This document shows, one piece after another, positions 45,040 to 54,036 of a stretch of 64,000 bases of DNA. Source of the stretch: Spirochaetota bacterium (GTDB lineage Bacteria; Spirochaetota; UBA4802; UBA5550); NCBI GenBank assembly GCA_035403465.1, contig DAONFG010000009.1, forward strand, positions 159 to 64,158. Direction: 5' to 3'. The notes beneath the pieces are model-generated. The model searched no databases and had not been told where the DNA came from. It worked only from the letters and a program-made list of their open reading frames with translations. The translations under genes and the position numbers were made by a program. Within the stretch, counting starts at the first letter, position 1. The number at the start of each line of letters is the position of its first letter.

Positions 45040-45753
45040 ATGGGTGAAATAACTTTTATCCGGCACGGGCAGGCATCATTCGGCAAGGGTGATTACGATG
45101 TTCTGTCAGAGAAGGGCAGGGACCAGTCAGCGATCATGGCGCGTTACCTCGCGGACTGCGGCATGGAATTCGGTGCTGCATACTCCGGGACACTGAAGAG
45201 GCAGAAGGATACAGCTGATATCATACTGCAGGTCATGGACAGCTCCGGGTCAGTAAAGGTCCCGCAGCTTGTGGAGAATGAAGGTTTCAATGAGTACCAT
45301 TCCGACGAAATAATGCGATACTATGTTCCGATTGTTGCTGCTGAAGATGCTGCCATGATTCCCCTTCTCGAAAAGATATTCACTGACAGGAAATCATTCC
45401 AGCTGATATTCGAGAGGGTAATTTCGAAGTGGGTAGCAGGAGAATCTCCATCTGATGGTGTCGAGGGATGGTCAAGGTTCAGGCAGAGGGTTGATGAATC
45501 ATTAAAGTCTATCATAAACGCGAATGGAAAGGATGGTAACATCGTGGTGTTCTCGTCGGGCGGAGTGATATCTGCATCAGTTCAGATCGCCACAGGCATG
45601 TCGCCCTTCGAGGCGATGAGGCTGGGATGGGGGCTTGTCAACTGCTCGCTGACCAGGTTCAGGTACGGCAGTTCGGGCCTCATAGTGCATTCATTCAACA
45701 ACTACGCACATTTTGAAATGAATAATTTAAGGGAATTTATAACATACAGGTAG
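45040..45753 (+). CDS. Histidine phosphatase family protein (PGAM-fold)
   Basis: 237-aa ORF with the RHG motif ITFIRHGQASF, then SGTLKRQKDTA, and a distal His region VVFSSGGVI. Confidence 0.8.
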   Translation: MGEITFIRHGQASFGKGDYDVLSEKGRDQSAIMARYLADCGMEFGAAYSGTLKRQKDTADIILQVMDSSGSVKVPQLVENEGFNEYHSDEIMRYYVPIVAAEDAAMIPLLEKIFTDRKSFQLIFERVISKWVAGESPSDGVEGWSRFRQRVDESLKSIINANGKDGNIVVFSSGGVISASVQIATGMSPFEAMRLGWGLVNCSLTRFRYGSSGLIVHSFNNYAHFEMNNLREFITYR

Positions 45754-45763
45754 GGAGGAGTTT

Positions 45764-46966
45764 ATGGATTTTGAAATATCGGACAAAATGAAAGCTGTCA
45801 CGGGGATGATAAACGAGTTCGTTGACAAGGAGCTTATTCCGCTTGAGCACGATTTTTTAACCGGGGATTTCAGGAAGCTTGAACCTGTGATCGAAGAGAA
45901 ACGTAAAATGGTCAGGCAGATGGAGCTGTGGGCGCCTAACCAGGATAAAGAATACGGCGGCATGGGACTCAACCTTGTGGAGCACGGCCTTGTGTCAGAG
46001 GCTCTGGGCAGAAGCCCCATGGGACACTATGCTTTCAACTGCCAGGCACCTGACGCTGGAAATATGGAGATATTGCACAAGTTTGGAACAGAGGAACAGA
46101 AGGAGAAATACCTGAAACCGCTTGTTGCAGGTAAGATACGCAGCTGTTTTTCCATGACAGAGGTGGAGATGCCGGGATCGAACCCGGTTATGATGGACAC
46201 TACCGCTGTTAAGGACGGGAGTGACTACATAATAAACGGCCAGAAGTGGTATTCCACGGCAGCTGACGGTTCCCAGTTTTCAATATGCATGGCTGTTACA
46301 AATCCTGATGCGTCACCTTACCTCAGGGCCAGCATGATCATAGTTCCCACAGACAATCCGGGTTTTAACCTTGTACGGAACATACCGGTCATGGGACACG
46401 AGGGGAGCGGATACTTCAGCCACGCTGAGGTGCTCTTTCAGTCGTGCAGGGTCCCCCAGAGCAACCTGCTGGGGCCCGAGGGTCAGGGATTTGTAATTGC
46501 GCAGGAGAGGCTGGGGCCGGGCCGAATTCACCATTGCATGAGGTGGATTGGTGTATGCAACAGGGCGTTCGAGCTGATGTGCAGAAGGGTCAACCAGAGG
46601 ATGATTTCGCCTGACGGGAAGACACTTGCGACAAAGCAGATAATCCAGGCCATGGTTGCAGATTCAGCGGCCGAGATACAGGCTGCCAAGCTCATGACAC
46701 TGCATGCCGCATGGAGGATAGACAACCTGGGACAAAAAGCAGCCAAGGTGGATATTTCACTCATTAAATTTTACGTGGCGAATGTCATGCAGAACGTAAT
46801 AGACAGGGCACTGCAGGTTCACGGCGGTCTCGGCATGACCGATGATACAATCCTCGCCTTCTTCTTCAGGCATGAACGCGCTGCAAGGATATATGATGGC
46901 GCGGACGAGGTTCACAGGATGAACGTGGCCAAAACCATACTCAAAGAATATGAAAAGAAAATATAG
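45764..46966 (+). CDS. Acyl-CoA dehydrogenase, ACAD10/ACAD11/LvaC-like subgroup
   Basis: 400-aa ORF with blocks FNCQAPDAGNMEIL, GKIRSCFSMTE, GFVIAQERLGPGRIHHCMRWIG and DGADEVHRMNVAKTILK. I recognise these from the ACAD domain of ACAD10/11. Confidence 0.85.
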   Translation: MDFEISDKMKAVTGMINEFVDKELIPLEHDFLTGDFRKLEPVIEEKRKMVRQMELWAPNQDKEYGGMGLNLVEHGLVSEALGRSPMGHYAFNCQAPDAGNMEILHKFGTEEQKEKYLKPLVAGKIRSCFSMTEVEMPGSNPVMMDTTAVKDGSDYIINGQKWYSTAADGSQFSICMAVTNPDASPYLRASMIIVPTDNPGFNLVRNIPVMGHEGSGYFSHAEVLFQSCRVPQSNLLGPEGQGFVIAQERLGPGRIHHCMRWIGVCNRAFELMCRRVNQRMISPDGKTLATKQIIQAMVADSAAEIQAAKLMTLHAAWRIDNLGQKAAKVDISLIKFYVANVMQNVIDRALQVHGGLGMTDDTILAFFFRHERAARIYDGADEVHRMNVAKTILKEYEKKI

Positions 46967-46972
46967 AGGGTA

Positions 46973-47671
46973 ATGCGTTCTGCCATGACATATAACGAGT
47001 TTAAAAAAATTGTGAATATCTCGAAGGAGGACATCTCCGGACAGATTCTTGAACAGAACCGTGATTCTATCAAGGTGAAGAAGGAGAAGAAGGTAATCGA
47101 AAACCTGATAAAAATTTTCGATGCCACACTCGAGATATGCAGCAAGAAAAGTTTCCAGGCAATGAGTATAAGGGACCTTGCAGCGCAGTCGGGCTTAAGC
47201 CGCGGAGCGCTCTACTCCTATTTCACGAACAAGGAGGAGCTCCTTAACCTGATCCAGATGCAGGGCAGGCAGATTGCATACAGGGTGCTTACAGAACAGA
47301 TATCAACCACCCGTGGGCCTGTTGAGCAGCTCAGGATGGCGATCAAATCGCACATCTACCTGAGCGAGGCCATGCAGACATGGTTTTATTTCACCTACAT
47401 CGAGGCAAGGAACCTGTCAAAGACTGAACAGAAAAAGGCAATCGAAAGCGAGCTGCAGACTGAGGCGATTTTTGTGGATATAATCAACTCCGGGATTAAG
47501 GAAAAAATTTTTGCCGGCGACAACGTGGTTCTAACAGCATCTGTGATAAAGGCCATGCTCCAGGACTGGTACCTGAAGAGGTGGAAGTATACGCAGAGGA
47601 AGGTCTCTGTTGATGAATATGCAGAATTTGTAATTAAAGTGACCGAGGCATCGCTGCTTCGTAAAAAATAA
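46973..47671 (+). CDS. TetR/AcrR-family transcriptional regulator
   Basis: 232-aa ORF with the HTH block FQAMSIRDLAAQSGLSRGALYSYFTNKEELL. Confidence 0.85.
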   Translation: MRSAMTYNEFKKIVNISKEDISGQILEQNRDSIKVKKEKKVIENLIKIFDATLEICSKKSFQAMSIRDLAAQSGLSRGALYSYFTNKEELLNLIQMQGRQIAYRVLTEQISTTRGPVEQLRMAIKSHIYLSEAMQTWFYFTYIEARNLSKTEQKKAIESELQTEAIFVDIINSGIKEKIFAGDNVVLTASVIKAMLQDWYLKRWKYTQRKVSVDEYAEFVIKVTEASLLRKK

Positions 47672-47681
47672 GGAGGATGGT

Positions 47682-48752
47682 ATGAGTGATGTAACTGACC
47701 GCGCCACTTCGATTCGAAGCGGCGAGGAACTCGACGCAAAGAAAGTTCTTGAGTACCTGAAAGATAATATCCCGGGACTTAGCGGTGATATTGAAATAAA
47801 GCAGTTCCCCAGCGGCTTCTCGAACCTGACCTACTCGGTTAAAGTGGGCAGCCGCGAAATGGTGCTGCGCAGGCCGCCGTTCGGAAAGAAGGCAAAGACC
47901 GCGCACGACATGGGGCGCGAGTTTAAAATACTGAGCGCGCTGAAGCCCGTGTTCCCCTACTGCCCGGAACCTGTTCTGTACACAGAGGACGAAAACATAA
48001 TGGGATGCCCCTTCTATCTCATGGAACGAATACAGGGCATAATTCTCCGCAAGGATCTGCCGAAGGGGATGGAGCTGAATCCGAAGGACGCGCGCACTCT
48101 AAGCGAAAACCTGATAACAATATTATGCAAACTGCATTCGGTGGATTACACAAAGGCGGGGCTCGCGGATTTCGGCAAACCCGAAGGTTATGTAAAACGC
48201 CAGGTCGATGGGTGGAGCGGCAGGTACAGGGACGCGAAGACTCCCGATGCGCCTGATTTTGAAAAGGTAATGCAGTGGCTCCATGACAAGATGCCGGGAG
48301 AGTCCGGGATAGTGGGGATTATCCACAATGACTACAAGTTTGACAACGCCGTGCTTGATCAGTCCAACCCCACCGAGATAATCGGCATACTTGACTGGGA
48401 GATGGCAACACTGGGAGATCCGCTAATGGACCTGGGTTCGTCGCTGGGATACTGGGTCGAGAAGGACGATCCCGCATCGATGCAGCCGTTAAGACAGATG
48501 CCCACTAACCTTGAAGGGATGCTCACAAGAAAGGAACAGGTGGCGCTGTATAGCGAGCTCATGGGTGTGAAGATCGACAACTTCGATTTTTATTACTGCT
48601 TCGGACTGTTCAGGCTTGCGGTTATCGCGCAGCAGATCTACTACAGGTTCTACAACGGGCAGACAAAAGATGAAAGATTCAGGATGCTCATATTCGCAAT
48701 AAAGATTCTTGAAGCAACGGCGCTTAATGTAATTGCGAAATCTGATCTGTAA
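47682..48752 (+). CDS. APH-fold phosphotransferase (ACAD10/11 kinase-domain / LvaA-like)
   Basis: 356-aa ORF with blocks IKQFPSGFSNLTY, VLRRPPFGKKAKTAHDMGREF, PFYLMERIQG, the catalytic IIHNDYKFDN, and ILDWEMATLGDP. Confidence 0.85.
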   Translation: MSDVTDRATSIRSGEELDAKKVLEYLKDNIPGLSGDIEIKQFPSGFSNLTYSVKVGSREMVLRRPPFGKKAKTAHDMGREFKILSALKPVFPYCPEPVLYTEDENIMGCPFYLMERIQGIILRKDLPKGMELNPKDARTLSENLITILCKLHSVDYTKAGLADFGKPEGYVKRQVDGWSGRYRDAKTPDAPDFEKVMQWLHDKMPGESGIVGIIHNDYKFDNAVLDQSNPTEIIGILDWEMATLGDPLMDLGSSLGYWVEKDDPASMQPLRQMPTNLEGMLTRKEQVALYSELMGVKIDNFDFYYCFGLFRLAVIAQQIYYRFYNGQTKDERFRMLIFAIKILEATALNVIAKSDL

Positions 48753-48792
48753 CATACAGCCGGTGTATATTGAAAAACGTAAGGAGATGTTT

Positions 48793-49701
48793 ATGAATAT
48801 AGATGATATTAAAAAAGTAGTGCTGCTGGGAGCGGGAACAATGGGGCAGCAGATAAGTGTACCATGCTCGCTTTCCGGTTATGATGTCGTTATATATGAC
48901 ATCAATGAGGATGCGCTCAAAAAGGCAATGGACAGGATACCGGAAATTTTTAACGGTTTTGTTTTGTGGAAGAAGTGCACACGGGAAGAGGCTGATGCAG
49001 CGCTGAAGCGTATTTCAACCACTACCGATCCTGAACTTGCTGCAAAGAACGCTGATATCATAAACGAGTCGGTTCCTGAGAAACCTGACCTGAAGGTGAA
49101 GATATTTTCACAGTTCAACAAGCTCTGTCCTGAACGGACTATATTCACAACCAATACATCAACACTGATGCCGTCGATGATTGCTGATGCTACAGGGAGG
49201 CCTGAAAAATTCCTGGCGCTTCATTACCATGACGTGAGCATGACCAATGTTGTAGATATTATGCCGCACCCCGGTACCTCGAAGGAGGCGGTGCAGCTTG
49301 TGAAGGAGTTTGCTGTAAGGACCGGTATGCTGCCTATCATGCTTGAAAAGGAGCATTCGGGCTACGTCTTCAATTTCATGATCGGCGCAGTGTTCACTGC
49401 GGCGCTTACGCTGAAGACAAGGAATGTTGCGTCAATCGAGGATATAGACAGGTCGTGGATGGGGGTCACCCGCATGATGTTCGGGCCTTTCGGCCTCATG
49501 GACAGCATAGGCCTGGACACGATGCTCAGCTTTACCGAGTTCTGGGCTGAAAAGAATAACGACAACCACTGGCGTAAACACGCTGCATTGCTGCGCAGTT
49601 ACGTTGAAAAGGGGCATCTTGGTAAAAAGACGAAGAAGGGTTTCTATGATTATCCGAAGCCTGCATTCATGCAGCCGGAATTTCTTAAAGGTGTAAAATA
49701 A
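48793..49701 (+). CDS. 3-hydroxyacyl-CoA dehydrogenase (Hbd-like)
   Basis: I take the ATG at 48793, 6 nt after AAGGAG, inside track ORF 48733..49701. Evidence is VVLLGAGTMGQQIS, ESVPEKPDLK, TNTSTL and the C-terminal dimerisation domain. Confidence 0.85.
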   Translation: MNIDDIKKVVLLGAGTMGQQISVPCSLSGYDVVIYDINEDALKKAMDRIPEIFNGFVLWKKCTREEADAALKRISTTTDPELAAKNADIINESVPEKPDLKVKIFSQFNKLCPERTIFTTNTSTLMPSMIADATGRPEKFLALHYHDVSMTNVVDIMPHPGTSKEAVQLVKEFAVRTGMLPIMLEKEHSGYVFNFMIGAVFTAALTLKTRNVASIEDIDRSWMGVTRMMFGPFGLMDSIGLDTMLSFTEFWAEKNNDNHWRKHAALLRSYVEKGHLGKKTKKGFYDYPKPAFMQPEFLKGVK

Positions 49702-49714
49702 CAGGGGGAATAAT

Positions 49715-50479
49715 ATGATAGTTGATTTTAATCTTAAGGGAAAAATTGCAGTTGTAACAGGGGCAAGCCGGGGTATAGGCGAGAGTATCGCAAAGGCGCT
49801 CGCAGAGCAGGGCGCAGAGGTGATTATTACCAACAAAACGATGGAGGGGCTGCCCGAGGTTGAGGCCGCGATAAAGGCCGCTGGGGGAAAGGCAATATCA
49901 AAGGCGTGTCATAACGGCATACTTGCTGAAATAGACAGCCTGTTCAAAGAGATCGAGTCAAAATACGGCAGGCTGGATATTCTTGTGAACAACGCAGCCA
50001 TGAACTTTTACTTCGGCGGGATTGTTGATGCCTCGGAGGATGTGTGGAACAAGACAATGGATGTTAACCTGAAGGGAAACTTCTTCATGTGCCAGTACGG
50101 CGCGAAAATGATGATGAAGAACGGCGGCGGTTCAATTATTAATGTTGCATCAATAAACGGGATCAGACCCGCTCCGATGCAGGGAGTCTATTCAATCACC
50201 AAGGCCGGTGTTATTGCGATGACAAAATCATTCGCCAAGGAGCTTGCTCCATACAAAGTGCGGGTGAATGCACTGCTTCCCGGACTTACCGATACAAAGT
50301 TCGCGTCGGTCATGGTGAAGAACGAAGAGCTCATGGAAAAAGTTCTTCTGCCGATGATACCGATGCATCGCCCGGCCCAGCCCGAAGAGATGTGCGGAGC
50401 GGTCCTTTACCTCGCATCAGACGCGTCGACATTCACAACCGGAGCAACTATAGTTGTGGATGGAGGGGCACTGGCCTGA
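49715..50479 (+). CDS. Short-chain dehydrogenase/reductase (FabG-like)
   Basis: 254-aa ORF with blocks VTGASRGIGESIA, NNAA, YSITKAG and PGLTDT. Confidence 0.9.
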   Translation: MIVDFNLKGKIAVVTGASRGIGESIAKALAEQGAEVIITNKTMEGLPEVEAAIKAAGGKAISKACHNGILAEIDSLFKEIESKYGRLDILVNNAAMNFYFGGIVDASEDVWNKTMDVNLKGNFFMCQYGAKMMMKNGGGSIINVASINGIRPAPMQGVYSITKAGVIAMTKSFAKELAPYKVRVNALLPGLTDTKFASVMVKNEELMEKVLLPMIPMHRPAQPEEMCGAVLYLASDASTFTTGATIVVDGGALA

Positions 50480-50483
50480 ACAT

Positions 50484-51614
50484 TCAGAGATTACAGCTCA
50501 CAAGCTGCAGCAGCTCGCGGCAGTTCGCCGCGAGATCGCTGCTCCGCTTGAAGAGTCCGCCGCCCATGAGGTAAATTACATCTACGCCGTAAAATGAAGT
50601 CATCTCCGGTATATTCGTGAAGTTCATGCCGCCGCCAGGAGCGGGGAATATGCTTTTTATGTGCCCGGATTCACTTTTGCATTCATTTACTATATCAGAA
50701 CATTCATCTTTTGTGAACGAGAAGCGTCCGCCGAAGTTGGGGTAGACAACTATATCAGCGCCAGCCATACGCATGAGCCTGCCGAGCAGCGCACCGTGCG
50801 TGAATCCCGATGCGCCTGAAAGGTACGGGCCGATGAAAGCCGGGTGACTCATTACCGGCAGGCCGAAGCTCTCGTCATCGGCAAGCTGTTTCATGACGTC
50901 GAATCCGGTTATTGCGGGTGAGATGAGTACTCCCCCTGCGCCATGTTCCTTCGCGTAGAATGCCCGGTCTATAAGATCGTTCGACGGTGCGGTAATGTTC
51001 GGGAAGTAGAGTGTTTTACCTCCACACTTCGAGTTAGCCTCATTGACGGCAAGGGCACAGGATGCTGCACGGTCCCTGAACCTGGAGAAGGGCTGATCCG
51101 ATAAGCCGTGATCGTCCTTGATAATATCAATTCCGCCGCGTGTAAATTCAGCAGCCAGTCCTGCAAACTGAACAGCTGTCATCCCCATCGGCTTGATCGC
51201 GGAAGCGATAAGCGGCCTGCCATATACTTTAAGTATATCCCTGATGCCGTTCACTCCAAAACGCGCTCCCGGAAATCTTTTTGAAAATTCCGGCGGAAGC
51301 GTTATCTCCTCAATCACGATACCAGGTTTTAAACTTATGTTTCCGAAGATGACATTAAGGAACTGTGTGAACTCGAAGGCGGAAGTTTCGACAGCAAAAC
51401 TTATTACGGCCCTGAACCTGTTATTTCCTGCAGCTGCGAATGACTCGATCCTGCCGAAGATGTTCTTCCAGATGAAACTGTCAGTGACCAGCTCCTCGGG
51501 AAACTCAACGGTCTGTTCAATGCATATATCCTTTGCTGCCGCAAGGGCGTCTGCCTCGCTCCCTGTTAGTCTGTATGTTACGGTGAATCTTTCACCTGAA
51601 ACTGTTCTTTTCAT
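50484..51614 (-). CDS. RuBisCO-like protein (form IV large-subunit homologue)
   Basis: 376-aa ORF. The blocks FGVNGIRDILKVYGRPLIASAIKPMGMT, RGGIDIIKDDHGLSDQPFSRFRDR, TLYFPNITAP, VMSHPAF and FPAPGGGM align with RLP/RuBisCO catalytic-domain blocks. Confidence 0.8.
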   Translation of the reverse strand: MKRTVSGERFTVTYRLTGSEADALAAAKDICIEQTVEFPEELVTDSFIWKNIFGRIESFAAAGNNRFRAVISFAVETSAFEFTQFLNVIFGNISLKPGIVIEEITLPPEFSKRFPGARFGVNGIRDILKVYGRPLIASAIKPMGMTAVQFAGLAAEFTRGGIDIIKDDHGLSDQPFSRFRDRAASCALAVNEANSKCGGKTLYFPNITAPSNDLIDRAFYAKEHGAGGVLISPAITGFDVMKQLADDESFGLPVMSHPAFIGPYLSGASGFTHGALLGRLMRMAGADIVVYPNFGGRFSFTKDECSDIVNECKSESGHIKSIFPAPGGGMNFTNIPEMTSFYGVDVIYLMGGGLFKRSSDLAANCRELLQLVSCNL

Positions 51615-51624
51615 CAGTCCGATG

Positions 51625-52440
51625 TTATTTTGTATTAAAAAAGAACAGGTTTACTCCGCCGCTCCCTTCCCGGCCTTCTTCACTCTCGCTCTCAGCCTCT
51701 CTCTCTTTTATTTCTTTAGGGGTTCTGAGTTCTTTCAGTTTTTTTCTTATGCTTGTGAGGGTTGTCTTGTTGCCGCTTTCAATATTATCAAATGTACTGC
51801 TGTTTTTTTCGGTTACCGGTTTTACTTCTGCATCTTTTTCAAAAGCATCTGATTGTTTATTATTAAGTTCATTCTTAATCAGTTTTGAGTTTGCACCTGC
51901 AACTACCTGTTCATCCTTTTCGATTTCGATGGATTTATTCTGCCTGGTTGATTTCACCCGGACCTTGCCGTCAAGGCATGCAACGGTACTGGTTTTCCCG
52001 TTATCGATAACAAAAAATTCAGTGCCGCGAACCGCAGCTGTACAGGTATTGGTTTTAACAACAAAGTCCTGGTCTTTCATAAGCTTGTTTTTAATTTTGA
52101 AAAAGCTCTTGCCTTTATTTAATGCGAGATATGTTTTTTCAACATCGGTTTTTTTATCCCTTGTTAATGTTTCTATGGAAACTTCGGTGTTGCCGAAAAC
52201 TTTTATTACATTTTCATCTATGTAAATTTCGCAGAGGGAGTTTTCTCCTTTTGTCCGGATTTTCATCCCCCTGTCAACAGGGATGCCTGCTGCAGCCGGC
52301 GTCTCCTTCCCGTCAGAGGAAATAATATAAACGCTTCCCGTGACAAAATTCACAAGGCCTATCATGATCTTTTTTTCTGTTTTACTGCCACATCCATAGA
52401 CAAGGAACATAACTATTAGTATTGAAATTATTCTTTTCAT
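51625..52440 (-). CDS. FecR-domain lipoprotein
   Basis: I take the ATG at 52440 (MKRIISILIVMFLVYGCGS, lipobox) inside track ORF 51625..52500. The FecR pattern is GLVNFVTGSVYII...GMKIRTKGENSLCEIYIDENVIKVFGNTEVSI...TAAVRGTEFFV...CLDGKVRV. Confidence 0.7.
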   Translation of the reverse strand: MKRIISILIVMFLVYGCGSKTEKKIMIGLVNFVTGSVYIISSDGKETPAAAGIPVDRGMKIRTKGENSLCEIYIDENVIKVFGNTEVSIETLTRDKKTDVEKTYLALNKGKSFFKIKNKLMKDQDFVVKTNTCTAAVRGTEFFVIDNGKTSTVACLDGKVRVKSTRQNKSIEIEKDEQVVAGANSKLIKNELNNKQSDAFEKDAEVKPVTEKNSSTFDNIESGNKTTLTSIRKKLKELRTPKEIKEREAESESEEGREGSGGVNLFFFNTK

Positions 52441-52661
52441 ATTGACTCCATGGAAATAATAAATCAGATAATAAAATAGAGTTAAATTCCTGTCAATCAA
52501 TAACCACGAAGAAATACTGCATCATGTTAACAAATAGTATGTATTCATGCCTTGATATGGTAAGTCAGGTTTATCAGTTTGCTGTAAAATAAATTCCTTA
52601 AACAAAAAAATGTTTGCCCGTCTCCCGCTGTGTCCAATCATTGTCATGTACAGGTAATAGA

Positions 52662-54005
52662 ATGCGCCAGAGAAGATCCCCTCACACCCTTGGTCACGAA
52701 AGTATTGGTAAACTCCTGCTGGAGTATTCGCTCCCTGCCATAGTGGCAATGACCGCAACGTCAGTCTACAATATCATAGACCGGATTTTCATCGGTCAGG
52801 GTGTAGGTGCGCTTGCCATATCAGGCCTTGCGCTTACTCTCCCGTTTATGAATCTCGGCGTGGCGCTTGGTGCGCTCGTGGGTGCAGGTGCCGCGACCCT
52901 GGTTTCAATAAGGCTCGGAGAAAAGCGCGGTGACGAGGCTTCTCTCATCCTAGGAAACACGGTTGTTCTGAACATAATAATCAGCACACTTTACTCGATT
53001 GTCATGCTGATATTTCTGGATGAAATACTCTACCTTTTCGGTGCGAGCGCTGCTACGCTCCCTTATGCCAAAGAGTTCATGCAGATTATACTTATTGGTA
53101 ATGTATTCCTCCATTCATATATGGGGCTCAACAGTATAATGCGCGCATCCGGGTATCCGGCAAAATCGATGTTTATCACTCTCTCCACTGTCGGCATTAA
53201 TCTTCTCCTCGCGCCTCTCTTCATATTTATATTCAAATGGGGAATCCGGGGAGCTGCCTTTGCCACGGTAATCGCGCAGCTGATCGGGCTCGCGGTAACC
53301 CTGATCCATTTTATCAGGAGAAGCAGCTTCGTTCATTTTATGAAAGGCCATTTCGCACTTCATGCAGAGATTATACGCGCAATATTTTCAATCGGCATGT
53401 CTCCGTTTGTGATAAATGTATGCGCATGCCTGATTATAATTATCATGAACCTCCAGCTGGTAAGGCATGGCGGTGATTATGCCGTGGGGGCTTATGGTAT
53501 TATAAACTCGGTGCTCATGTGCGTTGTCATGATCATACTTGGCCTGACACAGGGGATGCAGCCTATAGCTGGCTACAACTACGGCGCGCTTCATTTCGAC
53601 AGGGTGAAAACAGTTTTCAAGTACACTGTTATCGCCGGAACATGTGTATCATCATCCGGGTTTATTCTGGGTGAACTCCTGCCGCGTCAGATTGCCTATG
53701 CGTTTACAGATAACGGTGAACTTGTTAATCTTTCTGTTACCGGTATGCGCATCGCAATGATAATGTTTCCTCTCGTGGGATTCCAGATGGTGACATCAAA
53801 CTTCTTCCAGTCAATCGGCAGGGCAAAAATATCAATCGTGCTGACACTATCCAGGCAGGTATTTTTCCTGATACCATCCCTGCTGATTCTGCCGTCTCTG
53901 TTCGGGCTTATCGGGGTCTGGGCTGCAATGCCTGTAGCGGACTTTTTTTCCAGCTGTATGACGTTTTTTATACTGAAGAGTCAGACAAAAAGGGTGCTGG
54001 CTTAA
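52662..54005 (+). CDS. MATE-family efflux transporter
   Basis: I take the ATG at 52662 (MRQRRSPHTLGHESIGKLLLEYSLPAIVAMTATSVYNIIDRIFIG) inside track ORF 52614..54005. The protein has 12 TM segments and a duplicated MatE pattern. Confidence 0.85.
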   Translation: MRQRRSPHTLGHESIGKLLLEYSLPAIVAMTATSVYNIIDRIFIGQGVGALAISGLALTLPFMNLGVALGALVGAGAATLVSIRLGEKRGDEASLILGNTVVLNIIISTLYSIVMLIFLDEILYLFGASAATLPYAKEFMQIILIGNVFLHSYMGLNSIMRASGYPAKSMFITLSTVGINLLLAPLFIFIFKWGIRGAAFATVIAQLIGLAVTLIHFIRRSSFVHFMKGHFALHAEIIRAIFSIGMSPFVINVCACLIIIIMNLQLVRHGGDYAVGAYGIINSVLMCVVMIILGLTQGMQPIAGYNYGALHFDRVKTVFKYTVIAGTCVSSSGFILGELLPRQIAYAFTDNGELVNLSVTGMRIAMIMFPLVGFQMVTSNFFQSIGRAKISIVLTLSRQVFFLIPSLLILPSLFGLIGVWAAMPVADFFSSCMTFFILKSQTKRVLA

Positions 54006-54036
54006 TAATCCTGGGGCAAGGTGATACTACGTGCGG

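Noticed and set aside
51193-52225. 219-aa and 158-aa plus-strand ORFs opposite the RLP and FecR-lipoprotein genes
   Set aside because: They are antisense to two genes with clear family signatures. Their hydrophobic, low-complexity translations are typical of shadow frames.
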